Source: Candidatus Limnocylindria bacterium | GTDB taxonomy: Bacteria; Chloroflexota; Limnocylindria; Limnocylindrales; CSP1-4 | Assembly (NCBI GenBank): GCA_035513775.1 | Contig: DATKBR010000078.1 | Coordinates: forward strand, 3,551 to 67,550 | Reading direction: 5' to 3' | DNA: 64,000 nucleotides | Shown here: positions 49,898 through 59,683 of the stretch, piece by piece | Position numbering within the stretch: position 1 is the stretch's first letter | How the letters are laid out: the number at the start of each line of letters is the position of its first letter | Made by a program: the position numbers and the translations under genes | The notes under the pieces: model-generated | Told to the model about the DNA's origin: nothing | Database searches by the model: none | What the model saw: only the letters and a program-made list of their open reading frames with translations

Positions 49898-51595
49898 TTG
49901 GCCGCTATGTCGGCCCTGACGCGTCCCGTCCGCTCGCTGCTGCGCTCCCTGCGAGAGGCGATGTCCAACGAGGGCATCCGCCGCCTGGAGGCGTCGTGGG
50001 CGCTCGGCATCGCCGCGGACACGGGCCTCCTGGTCGTGCTCCTCGTCGTCGTCTTCGCGCGTGACGGGATCGTGGCGGCGGGCGCGCTCGGCGCGGTGCG
50101 GATGGTGCCGGCGGTGCTGTCGGGGATGCTCGCCGGCGCCTCGATCGAGCGGTTCCGCGGCGAACGCGTCCTGCTGACCGTCGGGCTGACCCGCGCCGCG
50201 GCAGCCGGGCTGTGCGCGCTCGTCATCGCGACGGGCGGGTCGACGCTCGTGCTGTTCGCCCTCGCGGCGATCGTCGCCGGCGCCGGCGCGGTGGTTCGCC
50301 CGACCCAGGCCACCCTGATGCCGGCCGTCGCTCGAAGCCCGAGCGAGCTCGTTGCCGCGAACATGGCCTGGAGCACGGGCGAGGGACTGGGTGGGATGGT
50401 CGGACCGTTCGTGGCCGGGGTGCTGATCGCCTCGGGCCGCCCGGAGCTCGGCGCGCTGGCCGCCTCGTTCACGTTCCTGGCTTCGGCGCTGAGCATCGCT
50501 CGGCTCCGGTTCGAGCAGACACGCGACGCGACGGGCGGCGCGGGGGATGCCGCCGGCGGCATCCGGCTGCTGGACGGAGTGCGCGCCTGGCGCCGCCGGC
50601 CCGTGGTTGGCTGGGCGATGCTGGGCGTGTTCAGCCAGGTCATGACGCGGGCGCTGATGACCCCGCTGATGGTCGTCGCGGCGATCGAGCTCCTGTCGAT
50701 GGGCGAGGCCGGGGTGGGGCTGCTGAATGCGGCGCTGGGGCTCGGTGGACTGGTCGGCGCGGTATTCGCCATCAGCCTGACCCGCACGGACCGGCTGATC
50801 CGTACGAAGTGCGCGGCGCTCGCCTACTGGGGCGCTCCGATCGCGGTCATCGGCCTTCTCCCGTCACCGGCACTGGCGCTTGCCGCGATGGTCGTCGTCG
50901 GCGTCGCGAACGCGGTGTACGACGTGGCCCTGTTCACGATCTTCCAGCGGGGCACGGCCAACGATGAGCGCGCGCCGACCTTCTCGATCTTCGAGGGCGT
51001 GGTCGGTCTCGGAAGCGTGGCCGGGAGCATCCTCGCACCTGTCCTGCTGGCCACTTTCGGCATCAGAGGCGCGCTCGCGGTCACCGGCGCGATCCTGCCG
51101 ATCGTCGCGCTGGTCATCTACGCCCGCACCGCTCGCGCCGACCGGGTGACCGTGGTCGACGAGCCGATGCTCCAGCTGCTCCGCGAGGTTCCCGCCTTCG
51201 CCGAGCTGCCGCTGACCGCCTTCGAGCGACTCGTCGGCGGCCTGGAGCCGCTGTCCTTCGCCCCCGACGAGACGGTAATGCGCGAGGGCGAGCCCGGCGA
51301 CCGCTTCGTCGTCGTCGAGTCCGGCCAGGTGGAGGTGACGGCCGGAGGCCGGCAGATCCACCGCCTTGGACGGGGCGCCGGCCTGGGCGAGATCGCGCTC
51401 CTCCGCCGCTCCCCGCGCACCGCCACCGTCACGGCGGTCACCCCCGTGACCGCGTTCGCCATTCCCGGCTCGTGCTTCGTTGCCGCCGTCTCGGGCCCGG
51501 CCGCGGCCATGGTCACGGAGCGAATCGCCGCCGCCAATCTTCGGCGCAGCGCCGCCACGCCAGCCGCCGGGGCCGCCTCCGGCGGCGGTGCCTAA
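49898..51595 (+). CDS. MFS transporter fused to a C-terminal cyclic-nucleotide-binding domain
   Basis: ~12 TM helices, then a cNMP-binding domain (FAPDETVMREGEPGDRFVVVESGQVEV...GLGEIALLRRSPRTATVTAV). Confidence 0.75.
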   Translation: MAAMSALTRPVRSLLRSLREAMSNEGIRRLEASWALGIAADTGLLVVLLVVVFARDGIVAAGALGAVRMVPAVLSGMLAGASIERFRGERVLLTVGLTRAAAAGLCALVIATGGSTLVLFALAAIVAGAGAVVRPTQATLMPAVARSPSELVAANMAWSTGEGLGGMVGPFVAGVLIASGRPELGALAASFTFLASALSIARLRFEQTRDATGGAGDAAGGIRLLDGVRAWRRRPVVGWAMLGVFSQVMTRALMTPLMVVAAIELLSMGEAGVGLLNAALGLGGLVGAVFAISLTRTDRLIRTKCAALAYWGAPIAVIGLLPSPALALAAMVVVGVANAVYDVALFTIFQRGTANDERAPTFSIFEGVVGLGSVAGSILAPVLLATFGIRGALAVTGAILPIVALVIYARTARADRVTVVDEPMLQLLREVPAFAELPLTAFERLVGGLEPLSFAPDETVMREGEPGDRFVVVESGQVEVTAGGRQIHRLGRGAGLGEIALLRRSPRTATVTAVTPVTAFAIPGSCFVAAVSGPAAAMVTERIAAANLRRSAATPAAGAASGGGA

Positions 51596-51607
51596 ACTGG
51601 CCGCGAC

Positions 51608-53386
51608 ATGAGCAACCTGCCCTACGGACGCCCCACCGACGGCGCCAAGCGGCACTCCCACGCCCTGACGGACGGGCCGGACCGGGCGCCGGCGCGGGCG
51701 ATGCTCAAGGCCATCGGCTTCACCGACGACGACCTCGCGCGCCCGCTCGTGGGCGTCGCGACGACGTGGATCGAGACGATGCCCTGCACCTACAACCAGC
51801 GACGGCTGGCGGAGTTCGTGAAGGAGGGCATCCGGGCCGGCGGCGGCACGCCGATGGAGTTCAACACCATCGCCGTGTCCGATGGCGTATCCATGGGCAC
51901 CGAGGGCATGAAGGCGAGTTTGGTCAGCCGCGAGGTCATCGCGGATTCGATCGAGCTCGTCGTCCGGGGCCACCTGCTCGACGGGGTGGTCTGCATCGTG
52001 GGCTGCGACAAGACGATCCCGGGCGCCGCGATGGCGATGGCGCGCCTGGACGTGCCTGGCCTCGTCCTCTACAACGGCACCATCTATCCCGGCTCGTACA
52101 AGGGCAACGACCTCACGATCGTGTCCGTGTTCGAGGCCGTCGGCGCCTACCGCGCCGGCAAGATCGGCCTCGACGAGCTGTACGAGATCGAGAGCGCGGC
52201 GTGCCCCGGCGCGGGAGCGTGCGGCGGCCAGTTCACCGCGAACACGATGTCGATGGTCATGGAGTTCCTGGGCCTGTCCCCGGCGGGCCTCAACGCGATC
52301 CCCGCGGAGGATCCCGCCAAGGACGCGGCGGCCCGGCAGGCAGGCGAGCTGGCGATGACGCTCGTACGGCACGACGTGCGGCCCTCGCACATCGTCTCGA
52401 AGGCGTCTCTCGAGAACGCGATCGCCTCGATTGCGGCGACCGGCGGCTCCACGAACGGCGTCCTGCACCTCCTGGCCCTCGCCCACGAGTTCGGCCTGCC
52501 CCTGTCGATCGACGAGTTCGACACCATCGCCGCGCGAACCCCGATCGTTGCCGACATGACGCCTGGCGGCCGCTTCACCGCCTCGGACCTGTACGACGCG
52601 GGGGGCATCTCGCTGGTCATGCGCGAGCTGCTGAAGCGCGACCTCATCCACGGCGACGAGAAGACCGTCGATGGGCGAACCCTGGCGAAGATCGCCGAGG
52701 CCGCGGAGGAGACCCCTGGCCAGCAGGTCGTCCGCCCCATCGACGACCCGCTCAAGCCCACGGGTGGCATAGCGATCCTGCGAGGCTCCCTCGCGCCCGA
52801 GGGTTGCGTCGTGAAGCTCGCGGGCCACGAACGGCTCCATCATCGGGGGCCGGCGCGCGTGTTCGACTCGGAGACGGCCTGCTTCGAGGCGGTCAGGAAC
52901 CGCCGGATCCAGCCCGGCGACGTCGTGGTGATCCGCTACGAGGGGCCGGTCGGTGGCCCGGGCATGCAGGAGATGCTGAGCGTCACCGCAGCGCTCGTGG
53001 GCGAGGGCCTGGGTGGATCCGTGGCGCTGCTCACCGACGGTCGGTTCTCCGGCGGCACCCACGGCCTGATGATCGGCCACGTTTCGCCGGAGGCGGCCCT
53101 CGGCGGCCCTATCGCCCTCGTCGAGGAGGGCGACGAGATCGTGATCGACGTCGAGGCGCGCCGACTCGACCTGGACGTCGCCGAGGCCATCCTCACCGAA
53201 CGGCGCGCCGCGTGGCTGGCACCGCCGCCGCGCTACCTCGGCGGGGTCATGGCGAAGTACGCGGCGCTGGTCTCGCCGGCCAGCGAGGGCGCCGTGACGA
53301 CGGGCCGGCGACTGGCCGACGCGGGCATGCGGCCGGCGCCTGGTGTCGCGGTCGTAGCCGAGTCGTCGCCGATCACCGGCGGCTGA
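51608..53386 (+). CDS. ilvD: Dihydroxy-acid dehydratase
   Basis: IlvD/EDD-family motifs (CDKTIPG, Fe-S ligand region [20 protein letters not shown]). Confidence 0.9.
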   Translation: MSNLPYGRPTDGAKRHSHALTDGPDRAPARAMLKAIGFTDDDLARPLVGVATTWIETMPCTYNQRRLAEFVKEGIRAGGGTPMEFNTIAVSDGVSMGTEGMKASLVSREVIADSIELVVRGHLLDGVVCIVGCDKTIPGAAMAMARLDVPGLVLYNGTIYPGSYKGNDLTIVSVFEAVGAYRAGKIGLDELYEIESAACPGAGACGGQFTANTMSMVMEFLGLSPAGLNAIPAEDPAKDAAARQAGELAMTLVRHDVRPSHIVSKASLENAIASIAATGGSTNGVLHLLALAHEFGLPLSIDEFDTIAARTPIVADMTPGGRFTASDLYDAGGISLVMRELLKRDLIHGDEKTVDGRTLAKIAEAAEETPGQQVVRPIDDPLKPTGGIAILRGSLAPEGCVVKLAGHERLHHRGPARVFDSETACFEAVRNRRIQPGDVVVIRYEGPVGGPGMQEMLSVTAALVGEGLGGSVALLTDGRFSGGTHGLMIGHVSPEAALGGPIALVEEGDEIVIDVEARRLDLDVAEAILTERRAAWLAPPPRYLGGVMAKYAALVSPASEGAVTTGRRLADAGMRPAPGVAVVAESSPITGG

Positions 53387-54333
53387 TGCTCCAGATCCGA
53401 CCGGCGACCTCCGACGAGGATCTCGCCCACATCGCCCGCATCGTCACGACGGTCACGCCGGACTTCCCGATCTCCGTCGCGGAGATGCGCTGGCAGCAGG
53501 AACGCTACCCGGGCGGAGGCCGGTTCCTGGCGTGGCGCGATGAGGTCCCGGTCGGGGCGGGCGGGGCCGGCCGTGCGTACTCGTATCCGGCCGACTTCCC
53601 GGGGCTTTGGGGCAACATCTCGGTGCTTCCCGAGCACCGCCGGCAGGGCGTCGGCGTGGCCATCCTGGCGGCGCTGATGGATCTGGCTCGCAGCTCGGGT
53701 AAGACGATGCTCATCGGCCGCACGACGGAGGATCGCGTGGAGGCGCTCGAGTTCCTCGCGCATCGCGGCTTCGTGGAGCACGAGCGCATGAAGGCCGTCC
53801 GGCTCGATCTCGCGGGCGTCGAACCGCCGGCGGTCGAGCCGCCCGCCAGGATAGAGATCACGTCGCTGGAGGCGCGGCCGGATCTGGTTGAGGCGGTCTA
53901 CGCGGTTGCGCTGGAGGCCCTGCCGGACATCCCCGGCGACGGGCCGATGGCGCCCGGCACGCTCGAGGAGTTCCGGATGCGCGACGTCGACCGCGAGGTG
54001 ATCCCGCCTGGTGCCTTCGCGGTGGCGGTCGAGGCGGCAACGGGTCGCGTTGTCGGCTACGCGAACCTGATGATCGTGTCCGGTAATCCACAGGTCGCCT
54101 GGCACGGGATGACCGCGGTAGCCCGGGCCTGGCGCGGCCGCGGCGTCGCGATGGCGCTGAAGCGGGCGACGATCGCGTGGGCCGTCGCGCGCAAGCTCGA
54201 AGCGCTGGAGACGGCGAACGACACGGACAACGCACCCATGCGGGCGGTCAACCAGCGCCTCGGCTACCGGTCTTTGCCCGACGAGGTCTACGTTCGCGGC
54301 CCGGTGACGCAGGCGCCCGTGGCGGCACGATGA
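53386..54333 (+). CDS. GNAT-family N-acetyltransferase with tandem GNAT domains
   Basis: Two acetyl-CoA-binding motifs (RRQGVGVAILAAL, RGRGVAMALKRA). The ATG overlaps the ilvD TGA (TGATG). Confidence 0.75.
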   Translation: MLQIRPATSDEDLAHIARIVTTVTPDFPISVAEMRWQQERYPGGGRFLAWRDEVPVGAGGAGRAYSYPADFPGLWGNISVLPEHRRQGVGVAILAALMDLARSSGKTMLIGRTTEDRVEALEFLAHRGFVEHERMKAVRLDLAGVEPPAVEPPARIEITSLEARPDLVEAVYAVALEALPDIPGDGPMAPGTLEEFRMRDVDREVIPPGAFAVAVEAATGRVVGYANLMIVSGNPQVAWHGMTAVARAWRGRGVAMALKRATIAWAVARKLEALETANDTDNAPMRAVNQRLGYRSLPDEVYVRGPVTQAPVAAR

Positions 54334-54680
54334 GCACTGCAGACCCGCGAGACCCGGAGCCAATGGCGCTCGCCCCGGCTTCGAACCCCGAGCCGGCACC
54401 GCCGCCGGCGCCGCCCGCATGGGACGCGCCGCCCGTCGAGGAGCCGCTGCCGGCGGAGGAATCGCTGCCCGCGGACCCCGAAGCGTACGACTCACCGCGC
54501 GGCGTGCAGGCCCGCGCTCGCGGGCTGGCCGCGCCGTACATCGCCGGAGGCGAGGACCCAAACATGGACAAGGCGCGGCGCGAGGAGCGCCGGAACCTGC
54601 GGATCCTCATCGCGATGGTGGTCGTGATCGTGCTCTCCGGCTTCGTCCTCGGCTATCTCGCCAACCTGCTGGGTTTCTGA
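54330..54680 (+). CDS. Small Pro-rich protein with a C-terminal TM anchor (116 aa)
   Basis: The ATG at 54330 overlaps the GNAT TGA (ATGA). Pro-rich N-terminal part, basic stretch KARREERRNLR, then TM ILIAMVVVIVLSGFVLGYLANLLGF. Confidence 0.45.
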   Translation: MSTADPRDPEPMALAPASNPEPAPPPAPPAWDAPPVEEPLPAEESLPADPEAYDSPRGVQARARGLAAPYIAGGEDPNMDKARREERRNLRILIAMVVVIVLSGFVLGYLANLLGF

Positions 54681-54681
54681 G

Positions 54682-56118
54682 GTGGCCGTGCAGGGTGGGT
54701 CGGCAGCTGCCGGCATCGACTGGGGCCTCGCCCACGACCGGCTCGTCGAGTCGCTGCGTGACCTGATCCGGATCCAGTCGATCAATCCACCGGACCCCGC
54801 GGGCCCCGAGCTCGACGTGGCCCGCTACCTGGCCGGCGCCCTCCGCGATTCAGGCATCCCGGCCACCGTCTACGAGCCGGTCACCGGCCGTGGCTCCGTG
54901 GTCGCCCGCCTGCGCGGCGACGGCACCGGCGGGGCGCCGCTGCTTCTGCTTTCGCACCTCGACGTCGTACCGGCGCCACCCGAGCTCTGGACCCACGACC
55001 CGTTCGGAGGCGACGTCGACGACGGCTGGGTCTACGGCCGGGGCGCGGTGGACATGAAGGACCTCATCGCGATGGAGCTGGAGGTCATGCGGCTGCTCGC
55101 CGCAGAGGCGCGCGCGGCGGGCCGCGACCCGGCCACGGATCCGGTGCCCGGCCTGCGGCGCGACGTCCTGTTCGCCTCCACGGCCGACGAGGAGGCGGGC
55201 GGCCTGGCCGGCGCGGGCTGGCTCGCCGCCGAGCACCCCGAGGACCTTCGCGCGGCAGCGGCGATCAACGAGGCCGGCGGCGTGGCGGTTGACGTCCGCG
55301 GCCTCCGCCTCTATCCGATCCAGGTCGCGGAGAAGGGCATCACGACGTACCGCCTCACCTTCCGGGGGACGTGGGGCCACGGCTCCATGCCTCGGCCGGA
55401 CAACGCGATCGTTCTCGCGGCGCAGGCGGTGGTCCGCCTCGCGAAACCGGAGCGCACGCGCCTGACGGACGTCACGCGACGCTTCCTCGAGGGGGCCGCC
55501 GAGGCCCTCGAGTCAAGCGAACCACGGACCGCGCGGATGCTCCAGGCATGCATCTCCGGCGCGACCGGCGTGTCGGCAGGCCGGCTCGCTGGCCTGCTCT
55601 CGCCGGTCTACGGTCGCGCGCTTGACGCAATGCTCCGCGACACGCTCTCGACGAACGTGCTCCACGCCGGCGTGAAGTACAACGTCATTCCCGGGACGGC
55701 CGTGCTCGAGATCGACTGTCGGCGCCTGCCCGGGACCAGCGAGCGGGAAATGGAGGCCCGGATCATCGATCGTCTCGGGCCGGAGCTCGCCGCGGTGACG
55801 GACATCGAGCTGATCATCGCCACCGACCCGGTCGTCGCGGACTACGAGGACCCGGATGGCCTGTACCCGGTCCTCGAGGCGGTGATCCGCGACCATGACG
55901 CCGACGGCGTGCCGCTGCCGGTCATGGCCCCGTTCGGGACGGACGCGAAGCACCTGCTCGGGCTCGGCGTGCCAACCTTCGGGTTCTCGCCGCTGCGCCA
56001 GCCGCCCGGTGAGACCTATCTGGACCGCTACCACGGGGTCGACGAGCGGGTGTCGCTCGACGGCCTTCGCTGGGGCCTGCCGGTCCTCTACGATGCCGTT
56101 CGGAGGTTTTGCGGATGA
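54682..56118 (+). CDS. M20/M25/M40-family metallopeptidase
   Basis: M20 metal-ligand motifs (LLSHLDVVP, GAVDMKD, DEEAGG). The start (GTG at 54682) lies 2 nt after the preceding stop. Confidence 0.8.
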   Translation: MAVQGGSAAAGIDWGLAHDRLVESLRDLIRIQSINPPDPAGPELDVARYLAGALRDSGIPATVYEPVTGRGSVVARLRGDGTGGAPLLLLSHLDVVPAPPELWTHDPFGGDVDDGWVYGRGAVDMKDLIAMELEVMRLLAAEARAAGRDPATDPVPGLRRDVLFASTADEEAGGLAGAGWLAAEHPEDLRAAAAINEAGGVAVDVRGLRLYPIQVAEKGITTYRLTFRGTWGHGSMPRPDNAIVLAAQAVVRLAKPERTRLTDVTRRFLEGAAEALESSEPRTARMLQACISGATGVSAGRLAGLLSPVYGRALDAMLRDTLSTNVLHAGVKYNVIPGTAVLEIDCRRLPGTSEREMEARIIDRLGPELAAVTDIELIIATDPVVADYEDPDGLYPVLEAVIRDHDADGVPLPVMAPFGTDAKHLLGLGVPTFGFSPLRQPPGETYLDRYHGVDERVSLDGLRWGLPVLYDAVRRFCG

Positions 56119-56639
56119 CGTTCGTGCACCGGTCCTGGCGCCTCGGGCTCGTGGCCACCCTGGCACTCTTCGCCGTCGTCGCGGTCGCGCCCGTGCTCGG
56201 CGCCACGATCGGCGTGAGCATCGTGGACAACACGTTCGAACCGGCCGAGATCGTCATCGCCGAGGGCGACACGGTGACCTGGACGGTCACGGCGGCGAGC
56301 GGCGCTCCGCATACCGTGACCTCGGCGGCAGCGGACGGCGCGGCCCAGGGTGCGGCGTTCGATTCGCAGGCGGATGACCCGGACCTGACCAAGGTCAAGG
56401 ACGTTGGCGGCACGTTCTCGTTCACCTTCGACGAGGCGGGCACCTTTGCCTACCTGTGCACCGTCCACCCGATCGAGATGACCGGCACCGTGGAGGTGCT
56501 CGCGGCGGGCGAGACGCCGGGCGAGGTCCACGCCCCCGTCCCACCGGAGCGCAAGCTCGCCGGCGCCGCGATCCTCGGGCTGACCCTGATCGTGCTCTTC
56601 GCCGCGGCCTGGTTCTGGCGCCGGATGAACCCCGCCTGA
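56115..56639 (+). CDS. Cupredoxin (plastocyanin/azurin-type blue copper protein) with a signal peptide and a C-terminal TM anchor
   Basis: Copper-ligand pattern H...C..H....M (PHTV ... YLCTVHPIEMTG). The ATG at 56115 overlaps the M20 TGA (ATGA). Confidence 0.7.
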   Translation: MTFVHRSWRLGLVATLALFAVVAVAPVLGATIGVSIVDNTFEPAEIVIAEGDTVTWTVTAASGAPHTVTSAAADGAAQGAAFDSQADDPDLTKVKDVGGTFSFTFDEAGTFAYLCTVHPIEMTGTVEVLAAGETPGEVHAPVPPERKLAGAAILGLTLIVLFAAAWFWRRMNPA

Positions 56640-56669
56640 CCCCGGCGGACTTGGCCGGCTAGCGGCCGG

Positions 56670-57278
56670 CTAGCGGCCGCCGCCCTTGATGAGGCGACCC
56701 CGGCGCGAGATCGCGTGGGTCGCCAGCGCTGCGACGCCCATCGCCACCAGCGCCCGCTCCGGCGTGGGCATCGGCCGTACGACGGTCAGGAACTGGTCCG
56801 CGCGCGCCCGGTCAACCGCCCGCAGGATTGCCTGCCCGCGCTGGGTGAGGGCGACGGAGCGCTGCCGCCGGTCCTCCGGCTCCTCCCGCCGCTCCACCAG
56901 GCGCCGCTTCGCCAGCCCGTCGACGAGCCGGCTCGTGGCCGACGGCGACCGCCCGAGTGCCTCCGCGAGCTCCCCCACGGTCGTCGTGCTGCCGTCGGCG
57001 AGAACGTACAGCGCGGCGAGCTGGGTGAAACCGAGCCGCAGCTCCCCGAGCTGGAACGCGAAACCGACGACCAGATCGCGCCACAGGGCGCGGCCCATGG
57101 CGACGCGCTCGGAGATCTGGCGGACGTTCGGGATGCGCGGGCCGGAGGCGAGAATCGACGCTCCCAGGTCCGCCTCGAAGCGGCGGGCGATCGCGCGAAC
57201 GGTCCTCTGTCGGCGCGGCGGCGACGGCACGGGCTCGATAGTATTGGCAACCGCTGTCGTGTGCAACGGCGCACACAT
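56670..57278 (-). CDS. MarR-family transcriptional regulator
   Basis: Winged-HTH GFTQLAALYVLADGSTTTVGELAEALGRSPSATSRLVDGLAKRRLVERR. Divergent from fabD. Confidence 0.75.
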   Translation of the reverse strand: MCAPLHTTAVANTIEPVPSPPRRQRTVRAIARRFEADLGASILASGPRIPNVRQISERVAMGRALWRDLVVGFAFQLGELRLGFTQLAALYVLADGSTTTVGELAEALGRSPSATSRLVDGLAKRRLVERREEPEDRRQRSVALTQRGQAILRAVDRARADQFLTVVRPMPTPERALVAMGVAALATHAISRRGRLIKGGGR

Positions 57279-57398
57279 CCCACGCTCGCGCGGCCCGATG
57301 ATCGTGCACTCTCTCAACACTGCGGCACCCGCGGGCGAGGCCCGCGCCGCCCCCGCGCCGCGCCTGAGATCCGATTGTCGCCTACCTTCCCGGAGACC

Positions 57399-58379
57399 AT
57401 GACCAACTTCGCCTTCGTATTCCCCGGCCAGGGCTCGCAGTCCGTCGGCATGGGCCGCGCCCTCAGCGCCACGTCACCGGCGGCCGCCGCCATCTTCGCC
57501 ACCGCGGACGAGGCCCTGGGCGAGGCCATCTCCGCGCTCGCCTGGACCGGTCCCGAGGACCAGCTCAACCGCACCGAGCATGCCCAGCCAGCCCTCCTCG
57601 CGACGTCGATCGCGTACCTCGCGGCGGCCCACGAGCGCGCGAGCGTGACCGGCATGACGCTGCCCAATCCCCGGTTCTTCGCGGGTCACTCCATGGGCCA
57701 GTACTCGGCGATGGTCGCTGCCAGCGCCTTGACGCTCCCCGACGGGATCCGGCTGGTTCGAGAGCGAGGCCGGCACATGCAGGCGAGCGGCGAAGGCCGC
57801 GATGGGGCGATGGCGGCCATCCTCGGACTGGACGACGCCGCGATCCCGGACCTCGTGCGCCAGGCATCGGCCCATGGGGTGTTCGCCGTGGCCAATCGAA
57901 ACTCACCCGGCCAGGTCGTCGTCTCGGGCGAGCGTTCCGCCATCGAGGCCGCGGCGGAGATCGCGAAGGCCCTCGGGGCCAAGCGGGCCATCGTCCTGCC
58001 CGTGTCCGTGGCGGCGCACTCGCCGCTGATGGCCCAGGCCGCCGAAGCAATGCGCCAGGCCCTCGAGTCGGTCGAGTTCAGGGAACCGACGGCTGCGCTG
58101 CTGGCCAATGCCGACTCCCGCCCGATCCTCGACGGCGAGGCCGCCCGCGCGGAGCTCGTCGAGCACCTCACCGCCGGCGTCGACTGGGTGCACGCGGTGG
58201 AGCGCATGACCGCGGACGGCGTGGATACGTTCATCGAGATGGGACCGGGCAAGGTCCTGACGAACCTCATCAAGCGCATCGCGCCGGACGCAACCGCCAT
58301 CGCCATGGACGACGCGCTGGCCGACAACCGCATGGACCTGCCGATCCTCGTCCCCGCCGATCCCGGCAACCTCGCCTGA
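57399..58379 (+). CDS. fabD: Malonyl-CoA:ACP transacylase
   Basis: FVFPGQGSQ, the active-site motif GHSMGQY, and AHSPLM. GGAGA RBS. Confidence 0.9.
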   Translation: MTNFAFVFPGQGSQSVGMGRALSATSPAAAAIFATADEALGEAISALAWTGPEDQLNRTEHAQPALLATSIAYLAAAHERASVTGMTLPNPRFFAGHSMGQYSAMVAASALTLPDGIRLVRERGRHMQASGEGRDGAMAAILGLDDAAIPDLVRQASAHGVFAVANRNSPGQVVVSGERSAIEAAAEIAKALGAKRAIVLPVSVAAHSPLMAQAAEAMRQALESVEFREPTAALLANADSRPILDGEAARAELVEHLTAGVDWVHAVERMTADGVDTFIEMGPGKVLTNLIKRIAPDATAIAMDDALADNRMDLPILVPADPGNLA

Positions 58380-58395
58380 GCCCAAGGAGCCGTTA

Positions 58396-59670
58396 GTGCG
58401 CAGCCCTGATCACACACGTCGCGTCGTCGTCACCGGTCTCGGAGTCGTCAGCCCGGTCGGCAACGACAAGGATGCCGCGTGGGCGAGCCTCGTCGAAGGT
58501 CGCTCCGGCCTCGCCGAGCTGACCCGCTTCGACGTCTCCGGCTACGAGCACAAGGCCGGCGGCGAGGTCAGGGACTTCGAGGCGGCAGCGTGGATGGATC
58601 CGAAGGCCGTGCGCCGTAGCGAGCGCGAGATGCATTACGGCGTCGCCGCCGCCAAGCAGGCGCTCGCCGATTCGGGATTCGAGATCGACGACGGCAACCG
58701 CACCGAGGTCGGCGTGGTCTTCGGGTCGGGCGCGGGCGGCCAGCAGCTCATGATCGACAACTTTTCGACGCTGGTCGAGAAGGGCCCCAATCGCGTCCAG
58801 CCGACGTTCATCGCCAACGCCCTCGTGGACTCGACCTCCGGGATGATCTCGATCGAGACCGGGGCTATCGGCCACAACATCGCCATCGTCTCGGCCTGCT
58901 CGACGGGCACCCACAACGTTGGCGAGGGCGCGGAGGCGATCCGGCGCGGCGACTGCGTCGCGGTGATCAGCGGCTCCACGGAGGCGCCGCTGCTCGAGGT
59001 AGCGCACGCCGGCTTCACGAATATGCGCGGCATGGGCCTGCCCCGGCCCGGCGAACCGCTGCAGACGGTCTCACGCCCGTTCGACGCGACGCGCAACGGC
59101 TTCGTGCTCGGCGAGGGCGCGGGCTCGCTCTTCCTCGAGGATCTGGAGCTGGCCAGGAAGCGGGGGGCGAAGATCTATGCGGAGGTCGTCGGGTACGGCT
59201 CGGCCGCCGACGGCTGGGACATGATCCAGCCGATCGAGGGCGGGACCGGCTCCGCCCGGGCCATGAAGATGGCGCTCGACCGCCGCGGTGTCCCCGCCGA
59301 CGAGGTCGACATGATCAACCCCCACGGCACCTCCACCCCGGTCGGCGACGCTCGGGAGGCCGAGGCGGTCTGGGCCGTCTTCGGCGATCGATCGGCGGGC
59401 ACCCGGCGCTCGCTGGCGATCTCGGGCACCAAGTCAATGACCGGCCACATGATGGGCGCGGCCGGCGCCTTCGAGGCCTTCGCGACGGTCATGGCCGTCG
59501 CCGAGCAGACCGTGCCCGGGACGCTCAACTACCGCGACGCCGACCCCGCCTGCGACCTGTGGGTCGTGGACGAGACGGCGCGCATGCCGGTCCGCTATGC
59601 GCTCTCGAACAACATCGGGTTAGGCGGACACAACGGCGCCGTCATCTTCAAGCGATACGACGGGGACTGA
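58396..59670 (+). CDS. Beta-ketoacyl-ACP synthase II (KasA/FabF-like)
   Basis: Active-site Cys region VSACSTG, HGTSTPVGD and GHMMGAAG. AAGGAG RBS 8 nt upstream of the GTG start. Confidence 0.9.
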   Translation: MRSPDHTRRVVVTGLGVVSPVGNDKDAAWASLVEGRSGLAELTRFDVSGYEHKAGGEVRDFEAAAWMDPKAVRRSEREMHYGVAAAKQALADSGFEIDDGNRTEVGVVFGSGAGGQQLMIDNFSTLVEKGPNRVQPTFIANALVDSTSGMISIETGAIGHNIAIVSACSTGTHNVGEGAEAIRRGDCVAVISGSTEAPLLEVAHAGFTNMRGMGLPRPGEPLQTVSRPFDATRNGFVLGEGAGSLFLEDLELARKRGAKIYAEVVGYGSAADGWDMIQPIEGGTGSARAMKMALDRRGVPADEVDMINPHGTSTPVGDAREAEAVWAVFGDRSAGTRRSLAISGTKSMTGHMMGAAGAFEAFATVMAVAEQTVPGTLNYRDADPACDLWVVDETARMPVRYALSNNIGLGGHNGAVIFKRYDGD

Positions 59671-59683
59671 CGCCAGATTCCGG

